DNA from: Eledone cirrhosa
Taxonomy: Eukaryota
NCBI GenBank assembly: GCA_964016885.1
Contig: OZ024740.1
Span: forward strand, 1,798,001 to 1,862,000
Direction: 5' to 3'
Length of the DNA: 64,000 nt
Under the pieces are notes generated by a model, which made no database searches, was not told where the DNA came from, and was given only the letters and a program-made list of their open reading frames with translations. Positions 39,246-52,643 of this stretch are shown piece after piece; position 1 is the first letter of the stretch; the number at the start of each line of letters is the position of its first letter. Made by a program: the position numbers and the translations under genes.

Positions 39246-42200
39246 CATCATCATCATCATCATCATCACCGTTTTACGTCCGTTCTTCCACGCTAGCATG
39301 GGTTAGACGGGTTGTCCTGTTGTGGGCAGTGTCTGGTCGGCTGACCATGCCTTGCTCATACAGGAACTGATCTGGCTTGATTTCTACAGCTGGATGCCCT
39401 TCCTAACACCAACCTCATTTACAGTGAGTGTGCTGGGTGCTTTTTCGTGGCGCCTACACGTCCACTTTACAGTGTGGGCTGGGTGCTTTTTTGCCGTGGC
39501 ACGTCCACGACCACCTTGCGGTGGGGGGGGGGGGGCATATTGTTTATATGCTTCAGCATGTACCCATGGGAGGTCGGGTACCCTGTATTACTGCGTGACG
39601 CCAGAAGTCACGGTCGTGTGTCATTGACTTTGAGAGGTGTAGTTGGGTAAGGTCGGCTTTTATCACCTCATCCCAAGTCATCTTGGGTCTCCCCACTCCG
39701 CGGTTTCCATCAACTTCTAGTGCTCTGCACCTTTTTATGCAGCTGTCATCCTTCATACGCATCACATGTCCATACCAGCGTAACCGCCTCTCCTGCACGC
39801 AGCATTTGATTCCTCTTATGCTCAGTCTCTCTCTCAATTCCTTTATGCTTTGTCGTTCACGTATATTACTGTTACACATCCATCGGAGCATGCAGGCTTC
39901 GTTTCTCTCTAATCTACGTAAGTCTCCCACCTTCAGCGCCCAGGTCTCACTACCATGCAACATTGCTGTTGGGATACACGCATCATACAGTCTGCCTTTC
40001 ATTCTGAGGGAGAAGCCTTTTGCAGCTAGCAGTGGTAGTAGTTCCCTAAACTTCTTCCATCCCGTTCTTACCCTAGTTATTGTACTTTCTGAGCACCCAC
40101 CTCCGTTGCTAATTCGGTCACCTAGGTAGCAGAAGCTGTCTACTGTTTCTACAGGGCCCTCCCAGAGATTGGTGGTACTTGTTTCCTGTGGCTGTTTGCT
40201 TGCTGTTTCAGCACAGCTGCTGCATGTGAATCCTACATTCTTAATTAAGCTTCCTGAGATCCTGCTACATCTCTTGTGTACCCATTGTTTGCATTTGGGG
40301 AAGAGAATGGAGTTCCTACCTACACCTTTCCTACATACTGAGCAAGGCCATTTCCCTGAGGGGATCTGGGTTCTGTTTTCTCGTCTACTTATAAGGACCT
40401 TAGTCTTTGTCATGTTGACTTTGAGGCCCTTTCTCTCTAGTCCCTGCTTCCAGGTTTGGAATTTATTCTCTAGTTCTACCATAGATTCAGCTATGAGTGC
40501 GAGGTCATCAGCATACAGGAGTTCCCATGGGCATCCGGTCTTAAACTCCTCCGTTATTGCCTGCAGGACTATGATGAACAGGAGAGGGCTAAGAACAGAG
40601 CCCTGGTGGACCCCAACCTGTACGCTAAATTCCTCGCTATACTCATTGCCAATCCTAACTTTGCTGACTGCTCCCCTATACATGGCTTGTACCGCTTTCA
40701 CAAGCCATTCATCTACTCCTAGTTTTCTAAGAGCCCACCAGATTACTGCACGTGGAACTCTGTCAAAGGCTTTCTCAAGGTCGACAAATGCCAAGTAGAG
40801 TGGCTTACTTTTAGCTAGGTACTTTTCCTGTAATTGCCTCACAAGGAAGAGGGCATCAGTGGTGCCTTTCCCTGGTACAAACCCAAATTGCATCTCGTCT
40901 ATATTCACCCAGTCCCTAATCAGCTGTGCTATAACTCTTTCTGTTACTTTCATGACCTGGTCCATCAACTTTATACCTCTATAGTTTCCTCTATCTAGTG
41001 CATCGCCTTTACCTTTGTAGCAGTTGACAATGATGCTACTGCACCAATCTTTTGGTATGGCCCCCTCTAGTATTACCTGGTTAACGATACGTGTGGTTAT
41101 AGTGTGACCTACAGACCCAGATGCCTTCAGCATCTCGGCAGCTATACTCGATGGACCGGTTGCCTTCCCCATCTTCATATCTCTGATTGCCTTACTTACT
41201 ACGCTGCCGCTGACTTGTACTGCTGGTCCCTCTATAGGGTGTACCTGGGGTAGGGTCTCTTCTTCCCATGCATTCTCCTCATTTAGTAATCTATCATAAT
41301 GACTCTTCCATGCATCTTCTCAGCACTTGTGAGGGCAAGCTCACCTTTATCATTCCGGATACACTTCTCTCCAATGACATCACAACTATCTCTGACACAC
41401 TGCCTCGCAATCTTGAATACCTCCTGTTTCTGGTCCTCACGTTGTAAAACATGCTTGAATTTTCTATCCTCTGCTTCCCTCCTAGCTAAGTATACTTGTC
41501 GCCTAGCTTCCCTCTTGGTCTCTATGTAATGTACCCTGCTCCCCCCGTTCTTCCATTCTTTCCATGCCTGTCTCTTGGCCTTGACTGCTTCATCTACCTT
41601 ATTGTTCCACCACCAAGTCACTCTCCTCCTGCTTGAGGTCTTACTCCAGCCACAAACCTCATCCGTCGCCTCTAGTAAGTTATTTTTTAGGAACTCCCAG
41701 TTCTCTTCTACGTTAAATGTCTCTATCTGTTCTTCTTTACTGTCGTAGGCGTTGAGTAAAATATCTTTAAATCTGTTACTGGTTGAGGGGACTTTCAGCT
41801 TCCAGATCTTTCTTCTCCAGGTTGGCCTCTGTTTCAGGGCTCGTCTAGTTCTGACCGTGAGGTCACTGACAACTAAGCTATGTTGGGATGTACATTCCTC
41901 ACTAGGGAAGGCTTTTGTGTTTACGACCGTCCATCTGTCACGTCCTCTGATGAGGATAAAATCTAACTGACTAGAGTGCTCCCCTGATCTATAGGTGATC
42001 AGGTGGTTGTCGGGTTTTTTAAAGTTTGTGTTACATATCGACATGTCATTGGCGTCGCAGAATTCTAGAAGTCTGAATCCTTCCTCATTCCTTGTGCCAA
42101 CTCCATGGCCTCCATGTACTCTATTGAAGCCGTCGCAGTGTTTACCTACGTGTCCGTTAAAATCTCCTGCAATGATTAGGAAGTCCTTGTCGTCTGTTAG

Positions 42201-43503
42201 AGCAGTAGTGTGTATTAGGGACTCGTAAAACCTATCCTTAAGTTCGTCTGGCAGCCCCGATTGGGGTGCGTAAGCTGATATTATTGTGGTAATTGTCTTA
42301 TTCAGGACTAGTCTGAGTTTAATGATTCTTGCATTTACCCTGTACACTGAGATTACTTTATCTACCCACTTGTCAGCTAATAGTATACCTACACCACCCA
42401 TCCCATCGTCATTTCCCACCCAGAAAAATTTGTAGCACTGGGTTTTTCCTACAAGGACTCTAGCAGACCCTCCTCTCCATCTAGTCTCTTGCACACAGCA
42501 TACATCAACTTCCTTTCGCTCTAGCATTTCTACGATTTCTCCTGCTCTTCCTTTCATTGAGCCTACATTGATAGTACCAACTCGGAGTTTTGGGCATTTG
42601 TCGACACTCGTAGGGGAGGGTCTCTGGGTTGGCGCTTCACGTGGGTGCTTGGTAGCTCGCAGATTCATATTTCATCTATTGATTCAGAGTTGCTCAAATG
42701 TATTTTCAGCTCATCCATCCATAACGGTGGGAAAATTGAGGGCTAGAAGAACAGTGGTGGTGGGGTAATGGCAGGGTGTGTTGGGATGCGCCAGAGGAGG
42801 AGAGAGTTAGTTAGGCAGGTAGTAGCAGCAGCAGTGGAAATGGCATGCTAGGTTTGATTGGTCGAATAGACTATGGTGGTGTGTGGGGGTGGGGGGGGGG
42901 GGGAATTGTGAGGTAGGAACTGAGGGTCGCATGGTAAATAACTGAGAGAGATACAATAGGATTAGAATACCACATGGTAAATATCCAAGTTAATACTACA
43001 TCAGTAAAATTAACAATAATAACGTCATGAAAAACTACTAAGAGAAACCCTCGAAAATTTATCGCTAATACAGCAGGGAAAATTTAACGCTAATACAGCA
43101 GGGAACATCATAATATTAACAACAATATGTAGGCTAAAATACCTTCGTAGATTAGATGGATGGCTGGAAAAATTGGAATCAACTCTAGTGATACATTTTA
43201 GCAGAGAAGAATGGGAAAGTGTCTTATCTCTTCAATATTTTCAGATTGAATGAATTAGGTTGAATAGGTTAAAGACAGGGTAGTAAGCCTTAAAGAAGTG
43301 CATAGAGAGGGGGGGGGGGTAGGAACTGAGGGTCGCATGGTAAATAACTGAGAGAGATACAATAGGATTAGAATACCGCATGGTAAATATCCAAGTTAAT
43401 ACTACATCAGTAAAATTAACAATAATAACGTCATGAAAAACTACTAAGAGAAACCCTCGAAAATTTATCGCTAATACAGCAGGGAAAATTTAACGCTAAT
43501 ACA
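39246..43503 (-). mobile_element. RTE-clade LINE (family B), near full-length, one frameshift
   Basis: ORFs 41283-42668 (APE) and 39553-41178 (RT); 3' UTR and (ATG)n tail; duplicated segment upstream of the ORF. 5' boundary uncertain. Confidence 0.93.
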
Positions 43504-43533
43504 TATATATATATACTTAGATATATATATACT

Positions 43534-43564
<31 letters not shown>

Positions 43565-43603
43565 ATATACTTATATATATATATATATTTATATATATAT
43601 ACT

Positions 43604-43638
<35 letters not shown>

Positions 43639-43659
43639 ATATACTTAGATATATATATA

Positions 43660-43704
<45 letters not shown>

Positions 43705-43811
43705 TTAGATATATATATACTTATATATATATACTTATATATATATACTTATATATATATATATATATTATATATACTTATATATATATATATATATATA
43801 AGTATATATAT

Positions 43812-44608
43812 AAGAACTTATGTATAGCATAAGATGTACTGAAGGACAATGTAGAAACAAAAATATAGTGTACATAGGTGAGACAGCTCGTAGTATAGGG
43901 GAACGGATAAATGAACACTGGCGAGACTTCAAGATAATAAAGAATCATCTGTACTCTACCAACATGCTAAGATAGAACACAAGGGTAAATTAGAGAACAT
44001 AGAAATAAAAATAGAATCCACACACAGAAAAGATGCAATGTTTAGGCAAATTACAGAGGCAGTAAGCATAAAAGAATTACAACCAAAATTAAATAGAAAA
44101 TATGAGTGGAACAGCAACATCACAACTTACAATTAAGGACAAAATGAAAACACACACACACATAGAACAAACAACCAACCAACAACATGTAAATAAATAA
44201 ACAAATAGATAAATGAACACAAACACACACAGACACCCGGATGTGGCGCATGCGCAAACTGAGCACACAACACACACACAGAAACAAAATGGCGTAGGAC
44301 AGAAGAAAGGAAAGGCACAGAAACAAAGAAAGGAATCCCCAGTCACTGAAGAGGTCACAGAGTGTGTGACGAAAGGACTATGACTATATATAAACAACTA
44401 TCTGGTTGTGGAACCAACCAATCAACCAGAAATTTATAAGTTTGTAGATTTGTAAATTTATAAATTTATAAATATATAATAAATTGAAGTGAAAGCAACT
44501 GGTGCGTGTGTTTCTTATTGGCAACATGACCCTCCCAAAGTATAACAATATCGGTTTCGACACACGATTTCAGATAAAGAATCTTGCTAAACAAATTCAG
44601 AAACGAAA
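43812..44608 (+). mobile_element. Penelope-like element 3' end: GIY-YIG endonuclease remnant plus pseudo-LTR
   Basis: Translation MYSIRC..C..VYIGETARSIGERINEH..[frameshift]..LYQH..EH..RQITEAVSI..LNRKYEW (GIY-YIG with CCHH residues), followed by a hammerhead motif; inside (TA)n. Not in the ORF track. Confidence 0.88.
44341..44385 (+). ncRNA. Minimal type-I hammerhead motif of the PLE pseudo-LTR (other copies 56039-56082 minus, 56344-56388 plus, 59415-59458 minus)
   Basis: agtca-CTGAAGA-g-gtcaca gagtg tgtgac-GAAA-ggac-TA-tgact. Confidence 0.72.
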
Positions 44609-44619
44609 TATATATATAT

Positions 44620-44675
<56 letters not shown>

Positions 44676-44734
44676 TTATATATATATATATATATATATA
44701 TACTTATATATATATATATATATATATATACTTA

Positions 44735-45461
44735 TGCGTGTATCCGAACAGCGATGTTGCATGGTAGTGAGACCTGGGCGCTGAAGGTGGAAGACTTACG
44801 TAGATTAGAGAGAAACGAAGCCTGCATGCTCCGATGGATGTGTAACAGTAATATACGTGAACGACAAAGCATAAATGAATTGAGAGAGAGACTGAGCATA
44901 AGAGGAATCAAATGCTGCGTGCAGGAGAGGCGGTTACGCTGGTATGGACATGTGATGCGTATGAAGGATGACAGCTGCATAAAAAGGTGCAGAGCACTAG
45001 AAGTTGATGGAAACCGCGGAGTGGGGAGACCCAAGATGACTTGGGATGAGGTGATAAAAGCCGACCTTACCCAACTACACCTCTCAAAGTCAATGACACA
45101 CGACCGTGACTTCTGGCGTCACGCAGTAATACAGGGTACCCGACCTCCCATGGGTACATGCTGAAGCATATAAACAATATGCCCCCCCCCCACCGCAAGG
45201 TGGTCGTGGAGGTGCCACGGCAAAAAAGCACCCAGCCCACACTGTAAAGTGGACGTGTAGGCGCCACGAAAAAGCACCCAGCACTCACTGTAAATGAGGT
45301 TGGTGTTAGGAAGGGCATCCAGCTGTAGAAATCAAGCCAGATCAGTTCCTGTATGAGCAAGGCATGGTCAGCCGACCAGACACTGCCCACAACAGGACAA
45401 CCCGTCTAACCCATGCTAGCGTGGAAGAACGGACGTAAAACGGTGATGATGATGATGATGA
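44735..45461 (+). mobile_element. RTE family B 3' fragment
   Basis: ORF 44754-45164 and UTR nearly identical to 39246-39985 in opposite orientation. Confidence 0.92.
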
Positions 45462-45671
45462 TACTTATATATATATATATACTTATATATATATATATAC
45501 TTATATATATATATATATATATATACTTATATATATATATATATACTTATATATATATATATACTTATATATATATATATATATATACTTATATATATAT
45601 ATATATACTTATATATATATATATATATATACTTATATATATATATATACTTATACTTATATATATATATA

Positions 45672-45710
<39 letters not shown>

Positions 45711-45715
<5 letters not shown>

Positions 45716-46435
45716 TATTTGATGAACATTTACATGTTATAGTTGCAATTGACTAATAAGATCGCTAGAGTGAAAAATCTTAATTCAACAACATAAGGTC
45801 TGCCTGTACGATCTAGAAAATAATAAGTCAATACTCACAGACTCATATGGGCAAAAAGCCTTGGTACCTAGACACGTGTAAAATTCAAAATACAAACTTT
45901 TTCTGCAGATCGGTCAGAACTTCAAACTTCAAACATGTTTCACAAAGGATGGTATAATAGTAAAATAATTAACTAATTAGCAGTGAGTTAATCAACTTTT
46001 TCTGTGTTTATCAATAGGTACCCAGATAAAAATAAAATAACTCAACCTTAGAAAAATATCTAAGGTCTGGTTAGCGTAGCGAAAATACACGAGGTTTTGC
46101 ACACGGCTTATTCCAGTCCTCTAACGTCCCACACATAGTGCTAGAAATAACAGCCGTTTGTATGGGATTACAAAATTCAGCTCACCTTTGAATTTTACAC
46201 GTGTCTAGGTACCAAGGCTTTTTGCCCATATGAGTCTGTGAGTATTGACTTATTATTTTCTAGATCGTACAGGCAGACCTTATGTTGTTGAATTAAGATT
46301 TTTCACTCTAGCGATCTTATTAGTCAATTGCAACTATAACATGTAAATGTTCATCAAATATTAATTTATACTGCTCAGAAGCAATTCCTAGAGCTGAAAC
46401 GATTGTAAATGACCTCTCTGAGTCTAAACTCTAAG

Positions 46436-46440
<5 letters not shown>
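45711..46440. repeat. Long inverted repeat (arms 45711-45889 / 46187-46365, about 297-bp spacer) inside (TA)n
   Basis: About 179-bp arms appear perfectly complementary; the right arm has an unpaired extension of about 75 bp. Confidence 0.85.
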
Positions 46441-46517
<77 letters not shown>

Positions 46518-46544
46518 TTATATATATATGTATATATATATATA

Positions 46545-46581
<37 letters not shown>

Positions 46582-46608
46582 TTATATATATATATATATA
46601 TATATATA

Positions 46609-46641
<33 letters not shown>

Positions 46642-46702
46642 TTATATATATATATATATATATATATATGCTTATATGCATATATATATATATATATATA
46701 TA

Positions 46703-46759
<57 letters not shown>

Positions 46760-46786
46760 TTATATATATATATATATATATATATA

Positions 46787-47099
<313 letters not shown>

Positions 47100-47245
47100 T
47101 TTTGAGTTTATGTTGGTTGTATACCAACACCTCAGTATGCAGGCTGGAGCACTCGACGAAGTGCGCAGGTTGGTTTGGTTACTCCGGAGTAGTGTAAAAT
47201 AAAGTTAAATAAAAGTCAAATGATTAAAATTTAGCTTCGTTTATT

Positions 47246-47300
47246 ACTGCTATATATATTTCAGTGACAGCCATCTTTGGCTGTGACCTCTTCAGGCAGT
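47246..47300 (-). ncRNA. Minimal type-I hammerhead motif in an approx. 320-bp island (47097-47415)
   Basis: Minus strand: actgc-CTGAAGA-ggtc acagcca aaga tggctgt cact-GAAA-tatata-TA-gcagt-AATAAA. Confidence 0.7.
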
Positions 47301-47630
47301 TCGAATTAGTATGGTATAGACAAGTACATATGTTGTTTAGGTGTATGATATTGTCAATACTCTGATATGCCCAGTTCCTTGTTGGGTTGTTAATTCACAG
47401 GGGAACTGGAGTCATATACTTATATATATATATATATATATATATATACTTATATATATATATATATATATATATACTTATATATATATATACTTATATA
47501 TATATATATACTTATATATATATATATACTTATACTTATATATATACTTATATATATACTTATATATATATATATATACTTATATATATACTTATATATA
47601 TATATATATATATATATACTTATATATATA

Positions 47631-47711
<81 letters not shown>

Positions 47712-47754
47712 TTATATATATATATACTTATATATATATATATATATATATATA

Positions 47755-47809
<55 letters not shown>

Positions 47810-47838
47810 TTATATATATATATATATATACTTATATA

Positions 47839-50800
47839 CTCTTTTACTCTTTTACCTGTTTCAGCCATCCGGCTGAGGCCATGCTGGGGCACCGCCCTTG
47901 TTGCTACACATTTTATCTCCAGCCTGTATAGGTTGGCCACTGGTGTAGGAGGGAGTTTGTTGCTGCTGCCCTTAGGTTTCCCTCGTGTCTTGCTGTGGGC
48001 TCATCCGGGATCCTGGATAACAAGGTGTCGAGATGTTTCTTAAAGACATCCACCTCCACGTCATGCAAGTCTCGCAGATGCCTCGGCAGCCTGTTGAAGA
48101 GTTGAGGGCCCTTGAATCCCAGGCTATTGCAATACCTGCTCCTTATTCTAGATGTGGAAGACGGGACCTTTGGCACCACACAGTGACGTCCTGTTCGACG
48201 GTTGGTCCAGCTCCCAATGTCAAATTTTGGTGCTAGTCCCTCCAGGATTTTCCACATGTAGATCACTGCGTATCTCTCCCGTCTTCGCTCCAAGGAGTAG
48301 AGGTTCAGTTCCTTCAGCCTCTCCCAGTAGCTTGTCTCCCTCATCTTGGCAATCCTCTTGGTGTAGCTTCGCTGGATTGCCTCAAGCTCCGTGGTTAGTT
48401 TGACACTATGGGGTGACCACAGCTGGGAGCAGTAGTCCAGGCGGCTTAGGACAAAAGTCCTCCACAGTGTCAACATGGTGTCTCGATCTCTTGTAAGGAA
48501 AGTCCTCAAGATCCAGCCAGCGAATCGTCTACATGCTGTCGCCACCTTCATGATGTGTGAAGAAAAAGATGCATCATCGCTCATGTCTATGCCCAGGTCT
48601 TGTATCGATTTTGACACGTGGATATCGGTCCCTCCTGGTCCTGTGTAGCTGTGTTCCGCTATATTTGTGTTTGTGTTTGCAGGTTTGTATTGTAGGGCTT
48701 GGAATTTGCCAGCATTAAACTGCATGTTGTTTTCTTCCGCCCATCTGTATATGGCATCCAGATCCTGCTGTAAGAGGGCAGCGTCAGCCGGGTTTTTGAT
48801 TGCCTGTGCTACCTTAGTGTCATCAGCATAGCTAGTGAGGGATGTTGTTGCATGCACCACAGAGGGCATGTCTGAGAGAGCCACCAAAAACAGTAGTGGT
48901 CCCAGGACTGTCCCCTGGGGCACCCCACTTGTTATCGGTGTTTCCCTCGAGAGGGCCCCATTTGCTGCGACTGCCTGGCTTCTGTCCCTTAGGAAGCCAT
49001 GCAGCCACTCACCTACTTTTCCAGTTATGCCGAGTCCGTGTAGTTTGTGACATATCATTCTGTGGTCGACCTTGTCAAAGGCCTTCGCAAAGTCAAGATA
49101 TATCACGTCTACATGTGAGCTGTCTAGTAGTTGTCTCAGTACCCAGTCGTAGTGATGTAGCAGCTGTGTAAGGCAGCTTCTTCCTGGGCGGAAGCCATGT
49201 TGCGTGCTAGTCAGGCGGTCATTTTCTTCGAGGAAAGTGATTAGTTTCTTTCTGACGACTCGCTCCATGACTTTACTGATATGCGACGTCAGGGAGACTG
49301 GCCTATAGTTCTTGGCCTCCGCTCTACTACCTCCTTTATGGATAGGGCATATTGTGCCTTCTTTCAGCTCCCTGGGTAGTACACCGCTAGCCAAGGAGCT
49401 TCTGAAGAGCATCTTCAGTGGAGTTGCTAAGGCCCGCTTACATATTTTTAGGAGAACTGCTGGGAATCCATCAGGTCCAGCAGCCGAGTCTGTTCTAATT
49501 TCATCAATGGCGTACACCACATCCTCCTCCGTTATGTCTATGTGGTTGATGGTTGCCATTTCTTGATGTAGTGTTGTGGCATCAAAGAACTCCTCTGGCT
49601 TCGTTATTTGCATGTGCCTCAGTGGACATGTGAAGACACTTTTATACTGTTCGTTCAGTATTTCACATATCTCTTGGGGATTTTCGGTTAATGAACCGTC
49701 CGTGTGGAAGAGTGGTCCAATCTTGCAGTGTACTGAGGCAGTTTCTTTTGCAAATTTAAAGAAGGCCTTAGGGTTTGTTTTAATGTTTTCTATGGCCCTG
49801 TTCTCTTTCCTTGCCCTCTCATTCTCATGTGAAAGCTTGAGTGCAATCTCGGTGTCAAGTAGTGCACGTTTCAAATAGGATTCCTTCTTGTTTTGTTTTG
49901 TTGACTATTCAACTGGTTTGAGAGTTTAGTTCTACGTCTCATAAGGATTTTCCTATCTCTGGGAATAAGATTTTTGTGTCTGTTTGCCTCTTTCTCCGGG
50001 ACACACTTTTTGCATATGGTGTGTATCGTTGTCATGAAGCGTTGAAATTGTGTGTTAGTGTCTTGTGTGGCGATGTTTGCACTCCATGTTTGCTTCTGGA
50101 TTTCACTCTTAATCTTCTTCCAGTCAGCCCCGTAGAAGTTAAGGCTGGATAGCGTCCCGGAGCTTCTTGGTGGTTTTGTCTCTGTTGGTTCTCTTGGACC
50201 ACATATCATTAGCTCTACCAAGTTATGATCCGAGAGAATTGTTGGTGTCACCTTTACATTGTGGATGAGCACTTCGTTGTTTGTAAAACAGAGGTCCAGG
50301 ACATTTTCGCCTCTTGTTGGGAGGAGTATTGCTTGCTCCATGAACAGCCTGTGTGTGAGGGCCAGCAGGGATTCCGTCTGTCTCTGTTCTATTGACGTCA
50401 TTCCAGGGAGGAGGTGGCCCTCAGGCCATTTGACCTTTGGTAGGTTGAAGTCTCCCAGCAGTAGGATGTTGAGACCCTGGTCCAGTTTGTCAAGGACCTC
50501 TTCTATCCTACTTAGGCTATCCTCAAATTTACCCTCATGACTGGGGGCATCGGGCGGCCGATATGTGACACATATTACCGTCTGTAGTTGCTTCATATGT
50601 ATTATCAGTGTGTCACAGACTGAGTTTGAATGTGTCAACAGTACAATTGGTGTGACATCTTCACGGATATACAGAGCAACCCCACCATGAGTTCTCTCCT
50701 TCCTGTCCGAACGAAATACAGTATATTTCGGTATATGTATTTCTGCATCTGCTATACTGCTTGTCAGGTGCGTTTCGGTTAGTGCCATGCATAGTGCTTG

Positions 50801-51385
50801 ATTGCTTATGGCTAAGTCTCCCAGGTAGGAAATTTTACTCATGTTGCTGAGTTTCACCAGGCCCCTGACATTCAGCAGCAGCACTGGTGTGACTTTTTGG
50901 GTGCCAGTAATGGCTGTCGGTATGACACCTGGTCTAGTGTCAGCGGCGGCCACTCTGGGTCCCTTAACTGTGGTGGTCTCGAGTGCTGGTGTGGATGACC
51001 CTGGCTCTGGAGACGATGCAGCCAGGTCAGCTGTCCCACAATCTTCTCTGCCATCACTAAAAAATTTTTCTGATCTGCTGCTGCCATCTGTATCTCGTCG
51101 GCATGTGTGTGCCTTCTCCTTGTTGGTGCGGCACGCGCGACATCAGCATACTTCTGGAGCGGCTTATTTCGGCTTTGGCTGGGGCATGTTGCGCGAGTAT
51201 GATGGGCATAGTTCGTTTGAGACCTAGGGTGGGCGAATCTGCATCCCATCCCTGTCTCTCCATGCCAGCATGTCCCGTTCTTGAAAAACTTGCACATTAT
51301 TTGGGGTTTTTTGCTCCCAGTGTCTCGGTGCTTTCTGTTCTTTCTTTGAACAGTTGTCCACTGGTCCCTCTGCGCTTGGTTCTCC
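47839..51385 (-). mobile_element. CR1-group LINE: ORF1 C-terminal part (CCCH finger) plus ORF2 APE-RT
   Basis: [18 protein letters not shown]; NVRGL..TETHL..GDFN..SDH (APE); YLDFAKAFD, VPQGTVLGP, YADD, LYSLERRR (RT); TAAAAGAG-type tail; one frameshift near 49880; 5' end abuts (TA)n. Confidence 0.92.
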
Positions 51386-51560
51386 TTATATACTTATATA
51401 TATATATATATATATATATATACTTCTATATATATATATACTTATATATATATATATATATATACTTATATATATATATATATATACTTATATATATATA
51501 TATATATACTTATATATATATATATATACTTATATATATATATATATATATATATGTATA

Positions 51561-51649
<89 letters not shown>

Positions 51650-51700
51650 TTATATATATATATATATATACTTATATATATATATATATATATATATATA

Positions 51701-51757
<57 letters not shown>

Positions 51758-52643
51758 TTATATATATATATATATACTTATATATATATATATATATATA
51801 TATATAATGTATGTGTATGTATGTATGTGTATATACATATGTGTATGTGTGTGTATATGTATATCTCAGTGGATGCGACCAGATTTCAACACAGCAACAA
51901 CTACAACAACAACAGCAGCAACACCAACAACAACAGCAACAACACCATCGTCTGTGTTGAATGTGTGTGTATGTATGTATTTGTATATATGCGACAGCAA
52001 TAACAGCATCAACACCATTGTCTGCAGCAACAGCAGCAGTGAAATGAAGGACAACAACAACAGCAACAACGACAACAACTACAATAACAACTACAGCACC
52101 AACAACTGCCACCACCACCACGCTGATACCATCCACCACCACCACCACACTGACACCATCCACCACCGCCATTACCAGCGTAAAGCAAACAATTATTATT
52201 GTTATTGTTATTATATATTATATACAAGCCGAACTGGACTGGGAAAGGTCAACAGTTGACATGATAGTGATTTTGACGATTTTGATTTTGATTTTGTATC
52301 AGTACTGTCGGTAATATATGTATATATATATGTGTTTGTGAGTGGTGTGTGTGATTGTATGCATGAATGAGTGTTGGTATGTGTGGTTGTGGTTTGTATG
52401 CATGAGTATTGGTGTGTGAGTGTTTGTGTGTGTTTTTTTTTGTTTTTTTTTTATGACCATGCTGTAAAATGGAGGGGTAGAGAGGGCCCTTGAGTCTAGT
52501 AAGACATCTTCTCTAGTGCTGGTGGCACAAATAAAAGCACCCAGTCCATGCTGTAAAGTGGCGCTGGTGTTTGGAAGGGCATCCAACCAGTGTATCAATG
52601 CCAAAAAGCTTATCAGCACAGCAACAAAACAGCATAGAAAAAT

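Noticed and set aside
49865-49900. Second frameshift in the CR1 ORF2 as programmed recoding
   Set aside because: Lies in an A-rich caaaa repeat in the APE-RT linker without a canonical slippery heptamer; more likely mutation or sequencing indel.
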